Shown: one piece after another, positions 1 to 9,254 of the stretch
Position numbering within the stretch: position 1 is the stretch's first letter
Layout of the letters: each line of letters begins with the position of its first letter
Virus record (IMG/VR): IMGVR_UViG_2617270876_000003
Coordinates: 96,001 to 160,000 of that record
Strand: one strand, 5' to 3'
Length of the DNA stretch: 64,000 bases
From: a virus
Lineage: Duplodnaviria; Caudoviricetes
Made by a program: the position numbers and the translations under genes
The notes under the pieces: model-generated
Seen by the model: only the letters and a program-made list of their open reading frames with translations
What the model was told of the DNA's origin: nothing
Databases searched by the model: none

Positions 1-180
1 CAAATTATAAATGATGTGAAACAAGAAAACTTATCTTTACGAAGTAAAATTGACGATTTGAACAGTCAATTACAAAATAATCATCTTGAGATACCAATGG
101 ATGAGGTCAGAGACTTCGCTAGGATGCTTCAGAAAGTGGTACAAATGCAAGAAAACGACAAAGAGATGCCAACGGGTTAA
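1..180 (+). CDS. 3' end of an unknown coiled-coil protein (partial)
   Basis: Frame 1 is open from base 1 to TAA at 178-180 (QIINDVKQENLSLRSKIDDLNSQLQ...EMPTG*) and is followed by a terminator. Confidence 0.6.
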   Translation, partial: QIINDVKQENLSLRSKIDDLNSQLQNNHLEIPMDEVRDFARMLQKVVQMQENDKEMPTG

Positions 181-200
181 TTCCCGGAAGCATCTCTTTT
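160..200. terminator. Bidirectional intrinsic terminator between convergent genes
   Basis: Inverted repeat AAAGAGATGC...GCATCTCTTT with A/T tracts. Confidence 0.7.
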
Positions 201-227
201 CTTCGTGAAATTCGTCTTTTATTGAAA

Positions 228-527
228 TTAACCAAACGGATTGAGAATCTTTGTTCTTCCATCATCTTCATATTTCTCCCAAGCTTCAGAAGCCCAGTCC
301 ATTATATCACTGGTGAAAATTGAATCACTGGCAGCACTTTCGCCAACACCGCCGTTTCCTTTGTCAAAGGTGCTCCATCTAGTTACATATTCAAGATGCG
401 AAACTGCACCAGCACCAGCACCTTGGATAAGTTCAAAGTGAGCATTTGTTTTTAGAATAAGGACATAGTCCTGTGAATCGTCTACGGCACTTAAGGTTCC
501 CTTTAATTGATCTAGTGTTGGCTTCAT
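228..527 (-). CDS. Hypothetical protein
   Basis: ORF; ATG at 527 with GGAGG RBS. Confidence 0.7.
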   Translation of the reverse strand: MKPTLDQLKGTLSAVDDSQDYVLILKTNAHFELIQGAGAGAVSHLEYVTRWSTFDKGNGGVGESAASDSIFTSDIMDWASEAWEKYEDDGRTKILNPFG

Positions 528-603
528 AAAATGCCTCCCATATTTACATATGTACTCCAATAGGATACCACATAATATTAATGTATTGATTACAGCAGAG
601 TAA

Positions 604-813
604 TTATTGATAACTTCTTTTTGCAATCTCAAATAAGATAGGCTCTGTCATCATATGGATAGGATATGTTGATTGTAACTCCTTGTAACTCTCCCACAAA
701 GTCCGAACTCTTGCTTCCATAGGTAAATATCCTTGTTTTCTCCATTCGACAATCTCATCAAAACACGTTTTCAAATCATCGTCGGATAATTTTGAAATCA
801 TTTCTTCTAACAT
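604..813 (-). CDS. Hypothetical protein, paralog of 6729-6959
   Basis: Shared EWRKxGxL and TEPxLxE motifs; AGGAG RBS. Confidence 0.75.
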   Translation of the reverse strand: MLEEMISKLSDDDLKTCFDEIVEWRKQGYLPMEARVRTLWESYKELQSTYPIHMMTEPILFEIAKRSYQ

Positions 814-853
814 ACATACTCTCCTTTTGTATGACATGAAATCTACATTTCAT

Positions 854-1216
854 CTAGTTACCAGAATACACATTCTTTGTGATTGGATAATAATAAATCT
901 CAATATCTTCGTGAATGAAGCCTCTTCTTTGAGCAGCCAAAAGAGTTTCATACATGTTTGCTCTTCCTACGGGATTGTCTGTATGTAAATATATCTTATC
1001 AACTTTTAATCCATACTCACAAAAATATTTAACTAAATCATAGCCATTTGGTAACTCATGTCCATGTTCATCTTCGCCTAGATCATGATCCAGAGTCAAA
1101 ATATTAACATCTTGAGATTCAATAATGGCTATTGCCTCTTCATATGTACGAGCAAGTATAAACCCTTCAGGACAATCACGAAGATCGTCTACATACAGGT
1201 TAATTTGCTGTGGCAT
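854..1216 (-). CDS. Stand-alone cyclic-phosphate-processing receiver (cREC-type) domain protein
   Basis: Motifs LYVDDLRxxP, LDHDLG, GYD and HTDNPVG. Confidence 0.75.
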   Translation of the reverse strand: MPQQINLYVDDLRDCPEGFILARTYEEAIAIIESQDVNILTLDHDLGEDEHGHELPNGYDLVKYFCEYGLKVDKIYLHTDNPVGRANMYETLLAAQRRGFIHEDIEIYYYPITKNVYSGN

Positions 1217-1249
1217 GTGCTCACTCCTCTCAGTAAAACTTGCATTTGA

Positions 1250-1513
1250 TTAAGAATTCAATCTTAAAAGAGTTTCTTGATAATTGTGCTCCAAGTTAGT
1301 CCAGAAGCTCTTAGGAATTTGAAAAACTTGCTGCAGTAGTGAAGATACTTTTTCGTCATCATATCTTATCTTGCTAGTGTTTAGCGCATCATAATATTCT
1401 TCACTGACTCCAGTTTCCTTAATAAACTTCTCTTTAGTCCACTCTCTGTCTTCAAGCACTTCTTTAAAGGTTTCACATGGAGGAACAGCAATTGGTGCTT
1501 GATATTCATTCAT
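1250..1513 (-). CDS. HigA-like antitoxin/HTH protein
   Basis: N-terminal PPxETFKEVLEDREWT and C-terminal FWTNLEHNY, typical of HigA. Confidence 0.6.
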   Translation of the reverse strand: MNEYQAPIAVPPCETFKEVLEDREWTKEKFIKETGVSEEYYDALNTSKIRYDDEKVSSLLQQVFQIPKSFWTNLEHNYQETLLRLNS

Positions 1514-1561
1514 AACTCATCACTCCTTTTGATTTGATAAAACATGTCATTTACTTATTAA

Positions 1562-1789
1562 TCAGATTAAATTTTTCATAGTATAAATGTATCCGTAAAC
1601 TCGGTACTGTTCAATGACATGTTGAGTTGTGCCATTATCAGTGAAACACCTTACATCTAATCCTCTCTCCTGAGCTTCCGCAACTGCATTTGTCAATGCG
1701 GTATCATCAAAAACATTAGAATGTACATTAAACTCTTTAGTTGTATTATTGACCACAACAAACGTAAAACCATTTGAGTTATTTTTCAT
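1562..1789 (-). CDS. Hypothetical protein
   Basis: ORF with AGGAG RBS before ATG 1789. Confidence 0.65.
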   Translation of the reverse strand: MKNNSNGFTFVVVNNTTKEFNVHSNVFDDTALTNAVAEAQERGLDVRCFTDNGTTQHVIEQYRVYGYIYTMKNLI

Positions 1790-2158
1790 TATAATCTCTC
1801 CTTTTTTATGAAAGAACCACTTCAAAGTGATCTAAGTACCCATCAATTCATTCAAGCATTCTATAATATCAATACTTCTGTATTATAAGTTAGTTCCCAA
1901 AATTGCTCCAAGGCTGCGCTCATGGCTCTCCATCGAGTTGTGGCCTCTTCCTCTATAGTTCCAACTTCTCCGTTAATTGTACGGTATTCTAACGTGTGTT
2001 TGACCATTTCTACCTCATCCCTCTCTTCCTGATTCGGTATAATTTTGCCTAATAGCACCTTGAATAATTTGCTCTATATCATCTGAAGTGCCTTCACTAT
2101 TAGATAGTCTATCAACGACAAGAAGAAAGCATTCCTCCCACATAATCAAATAGCCATT

Positions 2159-2977
2159 TTATCCAGCTTCCTGGATATCAATAAGCATCTGTCTAACTTT
2201 GTCTAAGTGTTCTTCACTCATAATTCTGCCTCCAGTATTAAGCATCAGGAAATATCTTAATTTTTGTTCTCTGTCTAAATTGTGAGTCTCAGCAACATTA
2301 ACAGTGTATCTTTTAAAATGGAGTTGATCTTTTGGAGACAAATCCTTAAAGTAAAATCCTTTGTACTTGAATCTACTTTCATAGAAATCCAAGATCGATT
2401 TATATCTCTGCTTTCCATCAAGTATCTCGTAAGCATATTTAAAACCATTTTTCTCCCACTCATCATCGGAGAGGTGAATAAAAGCAAACTTACCAATATC
2501 CACATTATTATAAATTGCATCAATTAATTTAATCTTATCGGTTTCTTCCCAAACATATTCACGTTGATACTCTGGATCAAAATCCACTCCGAAATAATAA
2601 GCTTTGTGAAACAAAGATTCTAATCCTGTTTGCGAATAATTAAGCCTAATATCATCATTTTTCACAAATGATGCTCTATTATCGTTCAGTTTTTTGACAT
2701 CCATCCAATTACAATAGCTCTTTTGGTTTTCATTTCTAATTGGATTTCCGTAATTATTGTTTATTGAAGTGTATCCTATTTCAATGATTTTCCCATTATG
2801 AAGAATGTTTAATACTACAACATCTTCTAATGCACCAAGTCCAACGCTTTCTCCAATTTCAAAAGAGTAGGTTGGATCGGGGATAAGAAACAATCTGTCC
2901 TCCAAATTCTTTAATTCTCTCATGTGATTATCTTGTTTTAGTCTTTCCTGGTTGGCTTCTGTTTTCTTTTTTGCCAT
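2159..2977 (-). CDS. DUF262 (ParB-like/GmrS-type) domain protein
   Basis: Motifs PEYQREYVW, ILDGKQR and LNTGG. Confidence 0.8.
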   Translation of the reverse strand: MAKKKTEANQERLKQDNHMRELKNLEDRLFLIPDPTYSFEIGESVGLGALEDVVVLNILHNGKIIEIGYTSINNNYGNPIRNENQKSYCNWMDVKKLNDNRASFVKNDDIRLNYSQTGLESLFHKAYYFGVDFDPEYQREYVWEETDKIKLIDAIYNNVDIGKFAFIHLSDDEWEKNGFKYAYEILDGKQRYKSILDFYESRFKYKGFYFKDLSPKDQLHFKRYTVNVAETHNLDREQKLRYFLMLNTGGRIMSEEHLDKVRQMLIDIQEAG

Positions 2978-3027
2978 CTATGTATTCCTCCTCAATATAT
3001 GGACATGAAACAGTCATTTGATCTGTA

Positions 3028-3261
3028 TCAATAATTATCAAACCATTCATTAGCTGCAACCTCAACATCGACAAAACTAGAAAATATCTTTTTATCGCTT
3101 CTTGAGTCATAAATAATTCCATTTTTATCTGTTACCTCAAACCAGTAAGAATCTTCCGATTCAGAGGGCAGATGAATTTGTACTTGTATTCCCTTATTCG
3201 TTTCTGCTTCATGAAATGCTACTTCTCCATTTAACCAAGCCACTTCTTTAAATATCAACAC
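3028..3261 (-). CDS. Hypothetical protein
   Basis: ORF with GAGGAG RBS. Confidence 0.65.
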   Translation of the reverse strand: MLIFKEVAWLNGEVAFHEAETNKGIQVQIHLPSESEDSYWFEVTDKNGIIYDSRSDKKIFSSFVDVEVAANEWFDNY

Positions 3262-3298
3262 AATTATCGTCTCCTCACGAAACAGCTATATTAATAAA

Positions 3299-3607
3299 TT
3301 ATTTTTTTGATTCAAATTCCTGAATTATTTCATCTATTTTTTCATTTTCCTGATATACATACTTTAGAAGTAAATTGCCTGTATTGCCAAATTTGACGAG
3401 CTGTCTATCAAATGAGAACTCTTGTCTTTTAAAATCTACATTCTCCACTTTTGAATTTTTTAGAGCATGTTTGATTTGCCATTCTATCGCTTTAGATACA
3501 TCAATGTCGTTAACTCTAACTTCATTGATTCGATTAAATGAATCCTCGTTTTCGGCTTCGTAATAGTCAATAGTTCCATCCTCAAAAAGTTTAATAATCT
3601 TTACCAT
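3299..3607 (-). CDS. Hypothetical protein
   Basis: ORF. Confidence 0.6.
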   Translation of the reverse strand: MVKIIKLFEDGTIDYYEAENEDSFNRINEVRVNDIDVSKAIEWQIKHALKNSKVENVDFKRQEFSFDRQLVKFGNTGNLLLKYVYQENEKIDEIIQEFESKK

Positions 3608-3633
3608 AAGTTTAACCCCGCCTTATGAAATAG

Positions 3634-3960
3634 TTATTTTACGATCTCATTCCACTTATTGGAAACTACATAAATATCCAGATTCGATCCATCGAGTTTA
3701 ATAGTGTGGTTTACAATGTTATGCTCAACGACTTTACTTGAATTAATTATTACATCTCTGTCCGCTCTAATAAAATCACTACTTACAGAATTAAGTACCG
3801 CCTGCGCCTCTTCAAGTGTCTGAGGCATATTCAGTTCTCCATATGCAGTGATGTATGTTAGTGATTGATTCTTACTATTTCGAACAGCTAAAATTTCACT
3901 GTCTTTTACCCACATTACTTCAATTTCATTTAACTCATTGCGTTTGATTAATCCGAACAT
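3634..3960 (-). CDS. Stand-alone LytTR-type DNA-binding protein
   Basis: C-terminal TLEE...FIRADRDVIINSSKV resembles the LytTR FxRxHRSxxVN motif. Confidence 0.6.
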   Translation of the reverse strand: MFGLIKRNELNEIEVMWVKDSEILAVRNSKNQSLTYITAYGELNMPQTLEEAQAVLNSVSSDFIRADRDVIINSSKVVEHNIVNHTIKLDGSNLDIYVVSNKWNEIVK

Positions 3961-4119
3961 AGTCATCATCCTCCGATATTTTATATTATGTATTTCGACA
4001 ACACCATGAAATAAACCTTTCGTCATATCTTACCCACATCTTAATTATACAATAAAGAATTCTATTTATCAATTATTTATTTTTACTTTATAAATAATAA
4101 GCATTACTCTATCCATAAT

Positions 4120-4182
4120 ATATGGTGACGCAATACAAAAAAGCGAATGCACTAGGCACTCGCTTTGATTAAGTCACCATAT
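4120..4182. terminator. Extended hairpin/terminator
   Basis: Outer ATATGGTGAC/GTCACCATAT stem enclosing an AAAGCGAATGC/GCACTCGCTTT stem. Confidence 0.6.
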
Positions 4183-4271
4183 CTCTTAGCGGCTTCCAGA
4201 AGGTTAATTTCTTCGCCTGAATTAGTCCTAACAACCAATTGACCATCTTTATTACGCCCACTCTTAAACAT
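4152..4271 (-). CDS. Small hypothetical protein (39 aa)
   Basis: Manually translated MFKSGRNKDGQ...KASA*; GGAGG RBS. Confidence 0.45.
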   Translation of the reverse strand: MFKSGRNKDGQLVVRTNSGEEINLLEAAKRYGDLIKASA

Positions 4272-4443
4272 ATCGATATAAGCCTCCTGTACGTCTATTA
4301 TAGACTTCTACATAAGACTTTGCTTTGTGAGTCCACTCATATACACGATCCATTAAGATGTAGCACATGGCCATTGTTGAACGTCCTCCTTGTTCAATAG
4401 ACTCAACAACCTCACTGTTTACTATAACATCGTACGTATTCAT
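4264..4443 (-). CDS. Small hypothetical protein (59 aa)
   Basis: Manually translated MNTYDVIVNSEVVES...GLYRYV*; AAGGAG RBS. Confidence 0.6.
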   Translation of the reverse strand: MNTYDVIVNSEVVESIEQGGRSTMAMCYILMDRVYEWTHKAKSYVEVYNRRTGGLYRYV

Positions 4444-4647
4444 TATATTATCTCCTTTGTATTTTTATTTTATAAGTCCTGAATACTTCATATCAGACAT
4501 GCCTTTGTTTAATCCCGACATAATTGCTTCTCGAATTTCATCACTTGTTAATTTTCTTCGCCAATTTGGATCTGGAACAATGTTTCCTACTAACTTTCTT
4601 CTTTTTGATTCGCCCATAAATTCTCCTCACTTAATCAAATTGCTCTT

Positions 4648-5193
4648 TCATGCTATTTCGTAAATATGGTAACAATAGATTTCCTCAATTTCAGGTTCGT
4701 CATATAGATAATCCGCTTGAGAATTTTGCTTCCCGATATATTCACCCCACTTTTCCCATCTCCAACCACCGCTACTTGACTGATTCCTTTTTGTTGTTTT
4801 AGAAAGCCCCAAGACAAACTTACGATCATCTATTTCAAGTTCTGGATATTGGTCTAAGACTTGTTGATAGTCGTCGCAAACACCATAATTCCCTTTGCTT
4901 TCAACACCTTCATCCGAACATTTATTAAAATAATCCCAGTCGATATTACCATCTTCTGTCTTTCTAATTATCGAAAAACTGTCCCATCTTTCAATGATTT
5001 TATCTTCAGAGAACAATTCAATATAGTGATTGAAATTTAGTCCTGTATAATATATCCCCTTGGCGATTCGATGACAAAGCTCATCAGTTCCTTTTACTGA
5101 ATACTTTCGATATTCTTCATCACTATAATGCTCTTTTAATCTTTCATTACATTCATCAATCAAATATTGTTTAAATTCAATGTCGATTAGCAT
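4648..5193 (-). CDS. Conserved-looking phage hypothetical protein
   Basis: ORF with NYGVCD and GWRWEKWGEYIG motifs. Confidence 0.7.
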   Translation of the reverse strand: MLIDIEFKQYLIDECNERLKEHYSDEEYRKYSVKGTDELCHRIAKGIYYTGLNFNHYIELFSEDKIIERWDSFSIIRKTEDGNIDWDYFNKCSDEGVESKGNYGVCDDYQQVLDQYPELEIDDRKFVLGLSKTTKRNQSSSGGWRWEKWGEYIGKQNSQADYLYDEPEIEEIYCYHIYEIA

Positions 5194-5230
5194 TATTTAT
5201 TCATCTCATTTATGTATCTTTATCAAAGAC

Positions 5231-5512
5231 TTATTTCATCAACTCAAGAGCAGCCTTCAGTTGTGCTATATTCTCTTCGATTTTAGTTTTAATTTTCTCA
5301 ATTGCTTCTTGTCTTGCGAGTTCATCATCCGTATTTTCAAGAACTTGCTGTTTAATTTGCATGAAATCTGAAGACATCAACCAAGTATCTTTAGGGTAAT
5401 AAATATGACGATGAATTTTTACATCGATTCCATTTAAAAGTGCCAACCAGCAATTGGGAACTTTCTCTTTATCATTTCGACTATATGAGGATTTATCTTT
5501 CCATTCGATCAT
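5231..5512 (-). CDS. Hypothetical protein
   Basis: ORF, AAGGAG RBS, flanked by dyads at 5222 and 5530. Confidence 0.7.
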   Translation of the reverse strand: MIEWKDKSSYSRNDKEKVPNCWLALLNGIDVKIHRHIYYPKDTWLMSSDFMQIKQQVLENTDDELARQEAIEKIKTKIEENIAQLKAALELMK

Positions 5513-5546
5513 CTTTTTTTCTCCTTCCCACGAAATACTTCTTTCA

Positions 5547-5750
5547 TTACCTATTCCATATGTTATCTTCTTTATCATCATTCCTTAAAATCCCACTCAA
5601 TAAAGTAATTGTTTTTAATAATCCTTGCTTTTCAACTTCACTTACTCCTGTATGTTCAATATCATAACGAAGCCATTCGACCATTTCACTTGCTCTTTTG
5701 ATTCTCCTAGCTTTTCTTCTCAAAATTGCTTCTGTTTCAGTCTCAGTCAT
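5547..5750 (-). CDS. Hypothetical protein
   Basis: ORF flanked by dyads at 5530 and 5766. Confidence 0.6.
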   Translation of the reverse strand: MTETETEAILRRKARRIKRASEMVEWLRYDIEHTGVSEVEKQGLLKTITLLSGILRNDDKEDNIWNR

Positions 5751-6130
5751 AGAATGTCCAACCCCTTAAAATAATCCTTTCAAAAACCCCTTACTAATTC
5801 AAACCTTTGGCTAAACCATTCATCATTGTTCCATTCATGATTAATATCACACGCAATCATTTGATACCCCTGGATATGGCAACATTTGTCTTGTTTGCGC
5901 GGAAAGCATATCTTTGTAAATCGAAACATCGTAATTATCACCCTCTTTATACATGAGTTCACCCGCAAAACTATACACATGCTTTAGGCACTTAACCTTC
6001 ATATCCTTCAATCTCCTTATAATAAAGTTCTCGTCTTCTATCTAAAGCGTATCTCATCGCTATTGATTCGTTGTGTTTCTTTATATGAATGCGCTTCGCC
6101 TATGTCACCCTTCGATACCCAAGTTACATA

Positions 6131-6418
6131 TCAACTAGGAAGGATACAGGTATAAGTATGGATGTTCTCACTAATCACAGGCAATTGAAACTCACCACAA
6201 TATTTCGGATATGTAATGTAACCATCAATCAGAAAATCAAAATAGTATTTTTCGATAAAATCAAATTTGTCTAGAGAAGGAACAAGAACAAACCACTTCT
6301 TTTTATCTATTGATTGAGATTGAACCGATAACTCCATACCCTGGTCAATGTTATATTTTTCATTGTCTATCTCGTCTGTAACAGCCATAGTACATACTAT
6401 TCGGCATCTATAATCCAT
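6131..6418 (-). CDS. Hypothetical protein
   Basis: ORF with RBS. Confidence 0.6.
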   Translation of the reverse strand: MDYRCRIVCTMAVTDEIDNEKYNIDQGMELSVQSQSIDKKKWFVLVPSLDKFDFIEKYYFDFLIDGYITYPKYCGEFQLPVISENIHTYTCILPS

Positions 6419-6443
6419 ATTTTTCCTCTCCTTGTTAAAATAT

Positions 6444-6695
6444 CTATCGTCTATTTAAGACCACCTGACTTGATTTAATTACTTCTGCTATATCATAGTT
6501 TTCAACTATATCCTTTAACGTTGAAAAGCATTTGATTACAAACGACTGTCTGTTACCACTGAGTTTAATAACTTGAAATCGCTTTGTATTAAAATTGTTG
6601 TAGATAACCATGTGGGGGTTGCCTTTCTTTGTTATGAACACATCGCCTACATTAAGATCAGATTCTTTATTCTCAATTCCCAAGTGTACTTTCAT
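6444..6695 (-). CDS. Hypothetical protein
   Basis: ORF with GAGGAG RBS. Confidence 0.65.
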   Translation of the reverse strand: MKVHLGIENKESDLNVGDVFITKKGNPHMVIYNNFNTKRFQVIKLSGNRQSFVIKCFSTLKDIVENYDIAEVIKSSQVVLNRR

Positions 6696-6728
6696 CTTCT
6701 CATCTCCTCGTGAAAGAATCCTTTTATC

Positions 6729-6959
6729 TTATTTTAACAGTCTTGCTCTATATCGCTTGACCATTTCATAAAGTAATGGCTCAGTGATTAAGTGAATCAT
6801 ATAAGTAACCCCGCCATTAATTTCACAAAACCGATCATAGGTGCTTCGAAGAATACCCTCTTGTAATACCCCAGTTTTTCTCCATTCTTCGTTTTCATGG
6901 AAGGCCGCTTCAATTTGTTCATCAGTCAATTCGGTCATCATCTGCCCAATAGTTTTCAT
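6729..6959 (-). CDS. Hypothetical protein, paralog of 604-813
   Basis: Shared motifs; flanked by dyads at 6710 and 6975. Confidence 0.75.
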   Translation of the reverse strand: MKTIGQMMTELTDEQIEAAFHENEEWRKTGVLQEGILRSTYDRFCEINGGVTYMIHLITEPLLYEMVKRYRARLLK

Positions 6960-6988
6960 TTCGTTTGTCTCCTTTTAAAATAATCTTT

Positions 6989-7399
6989 TCATCGTCCATT
7001 AAAATATTCTAAAACTTCATCTAAAGTATCCAAAGGTGTTATGTACTCTGATCCTTCAAACTTAGCCATCCACGGTTTCATAAATTTCAAATCAGCAATG
7101 GGTGTTTTGGTAATAATCTTTTTTCTCGTTTTTATTCGATCATTGTATCTTTCATCATTATCTTTAGTCATTGTGTGAGAGAAGTGATAAAGTTTCAAAA
7201 GTTCCTCATCAGTGAAATCATCTACAATGCCGTTGATAACTACCACAGATTTGCAGTCATAGATGTTGTATAGTGACTTTGTTTTATCTGTGTTTGATTC
7301 TTGCCAAATCCACCAGAACTGATTTAAGTCTCCATTCCACATTAACTTATCGATTAATGACTCTCTGGATACATCCATAATAACTGACACAACACTCAT
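6989..7399 (-). CDS. Hypothetical protein
   Basis: ORF flanked by dyads at 6975 and 7406. Confidence 0.65.
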   Translation of the reverse strand: MSVVSVIMDVSRESLIDKLMWNGDLNQFWWIWQESNTDKTKSLYNIYDCKSVVVINGIVDDFTDEELLKLYHFSHTMTKDNDERYNDRIKTRKKIITKTPIADLKFMKPWMAKFEGSEYITPLDTLDEVLEYFNGR

Positions 7400-7429
7400 C
7401 TCCTCATGAAATATTCATTTCGTAGTCAT

Positions 7430-7612
7430 CTAAACGGTTCTTTTAATGAATTTTCCACACCAGTACCAATCACCATTATGAAGAGAAAGCGTCTCTTTAA
7501 TTTGGCCGCTACACTCCCAGCCTTCTGACTCCATCTTCTTCACATGACTGTCTCTTTCTTCTTTGGAGTCATATTGAAATGTAGCATTTGTGTATTCAGA
7601 CAATATTTTCAT
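7430..7612 (-). CDS. Hypothetical protein
   Basis: ORF, GGAGG RBS. Confidence 0.6.
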   Translation of the reverse strand: MKILSEYTNATFQYDSKEERDSHVKKMESEGWECSGQIKETLSLHNGDWYWCGKFIKRTV

Positions 7613-7638
7613 TAATCTCAACCTCCGCATTGTACAAA

Positions 7639-7896
7639 TTAATTAATCTCTTTCCTTATCTCTTTCCCTTCCTTTGTTACAGCTCCCATTCTTATGTATA
7701 CATCAATATTTCGTGGAACCTTAAACTCATCTCTGTCAAACACTGGAGTAATTTCACCGTGTTCACCTGAAATCGATCCTCCTCCAACATGAAACCATCT
7801 ACCGTCATAGTCTCGAATAAACCCCCAGCGTCCAAGATAAAGAGAGTCTTTGCTTGTTATTTTAACAAGTTTACCGATTAAGTTTTCAGGCTTCAT
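7639..7896 (-). CDS. Hypothetical protein (SH3/KOW-like)
   Basis: GKLVKIT...GRWGFI pattern; GGAGG RBS. Confidence 0.6.
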   Translation of the reverse strand: MKPENLIGKLVKITSKDSLYLGRWGFIRDYDGRWFHVGGGSISGEHGEITPVFDRDEFKVPRNIDVYIRMGAVTKEGKEIRKEIN

Positions 7897-7910
7897 AATT
7901 CCCCTCCAAG

Positions 7911-8321
7911 CTATAAAGATTGAAAACGTTCAGTATCGATTCTTGTTAAACGTTCCTTGTTCAGATTATCGTAAATTTTCAAAAGACGATTATCAGAAAT
8001 TAGATTCCTCCCAAGTTGAAATGCTCTCGCTTCAAATTCAAATTTGTTTTCTATATATGACTTAGAATTAAACTTTTCAATTAATTCAGAGTTGTTCTTA
8101 AAGTCTAGATAGTGTCCAAATTCGTGATAAGCAATGCACATAAAAGTATCTTTTAGAAGATAGCCAAATCTTCCACTGATCCCCAGTACTTGACCAATAT
8201 TAAAGTGTATAGAATTGGATTTAGGTCTATAAACCATAGGTTTGTATAATTCCTCATCTTTCACAATCAAGCAATCAAAGTCATTGCTATTGACAATCTC
8301 GTTCAGCAAATCTTCCCACAT
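7911..8321 (-). CDS. Putative zinc metallopeptidase (HExxH)
   Basis: AYHEFGH motif plus downstream EFEARA. Confidence 0.6.
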   Translation of the reverse strand: MWEDLLNEIVNSNDFDCLIVKDEELYKPMVYRPKSNSIHFNIGQVLGISGRFGYLLKDTFMCIAYHEFGHYLDFKNNSELIEKFNSKSYIENKFEFEARAFQLGRNLISDNRLLKIYDNLNKERLTRIDTERFQSL

Positions 8322-8349
8322 ATTATTAGCTCCTTATCAAAGGATCATT

Positions 8350-8904
8350 TCACGCATTACCTTGATATTCTCCATAATACTTTTTTCTCATTTCGGCGGC
8401 AAATTCCCCAGCCTCATGGACATCCTCAAAAGTTCCAAGGATAGTATTTCTCTTGTTGATTTGTAGTTGAACAGACCACTTTTTAAGCTCTTTATTCCAT
8501 GACACATTTCTATAACCAGATTTATTATTTTTATTCTTTGTTGTTCTATTCATTAAGTTTTTATCTTGTGAAGTGACTCTCAAGTTATCTTCACAGTTAT
8601 TTAACTCGTTATTATCCTCGTGGTCTACAACTTCTCCCTCCTTAATCGGTTTGATAAAATGATGCATATAAATCATTTCATATCTTGGCTTTCCATCAAC
8701 AACTCCTTTATAAACGGAGCATCGCGCATAGTAAGTGTTGTTTACTTTATTCCAATATGTATGCCAAGAATGCCCCAAATCTAAAAATTTTTGAAGATTT
8801 TTTAAATCAATGTAACACTCCATTGTCTCTTTTAGTCTGTTCTTTAAATAAATGATTACCCTATCACCATCAATAACATATTTATTAAATTTCTTTTTAG
8901 CCAT
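8350..8904 (-). CDS. HNH-AP2 homing endonuclease
   Basis: VDHEDNNELNNCEDNLR (HNH) and SGYRNVSW...LGTF (AP2). Confidence 0.85.
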   Translation of the reverse strand: MAKKKFNKYVIDGDRVIIYLKNRLKETMECYIDLKNLQKFLDLGHSWHTYWNKVNNTYYARCSVYKGVVDGKPRYEMIYMHHFIKPIKEGEVVDHEDNNELNNCEDNLRVTSQDKNLMNRTTKNKNNKSGYRNVSWNKELKKWSVQLQINKRNTILGTFEDVHEAGEFAAEMRKKYYGEYQGNA

Positions 8905-8957
8905 ACCCTTATTTACATTTCTCCTTTTAGATAATGTGATAAAAACATAATTTCATC

Positions 8958-9107
8958 TTAAGCAACTTCTTTCGTATGAATCATGATAATCCCTTTATCA
9001 CTCTTACACATTTCAATAAATAGCTTCATATCTCCTTCTTTTTCAAATTTGTATCGATTTACACTTAATTTACCGCAGATTTTTTCAATAATTGATACTT
9101 CAAACAT
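8958..9107 (-). CDS. Small hypothetical protein (49 aa)
   Basis: Manually translated MFEVSIIEK...KEVA*; own promoter at 9157-9204. Confidence 0.55.
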   Translation of the reverse strand: MFEVSIIEKICGKLSVNRYKFEKEGDMKLFIEMCKSDKGIIMIHTKEVA

Positions 9108-9254
9108 TTTATGTGCCACCCTCTTGCTATGTATATTGTTCCTTTGTCTTGTATTAATTATAACACATATAATTATTCATGTCTATTTATTTTTACTTTA
9201 TAAATCTCAAATAAGAAAAGTGTCGTAGATAAAATCTCAACACTTTTCAGTCTA

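Noticed and set aside
1832-2058. Possible frameshift at the end of ORF 1861-2058
   Set aside because: An alternative frame reaches a stop near the dyad at 1808, but this cannot be supported without homologs
3277-3294. Degenerate dyad ACGAAA-CAGCTA-TATTAA
   Set aside because: Right position but too many mismatches to count; junctions near 6435, 7635 and 7910 also lack a clear site
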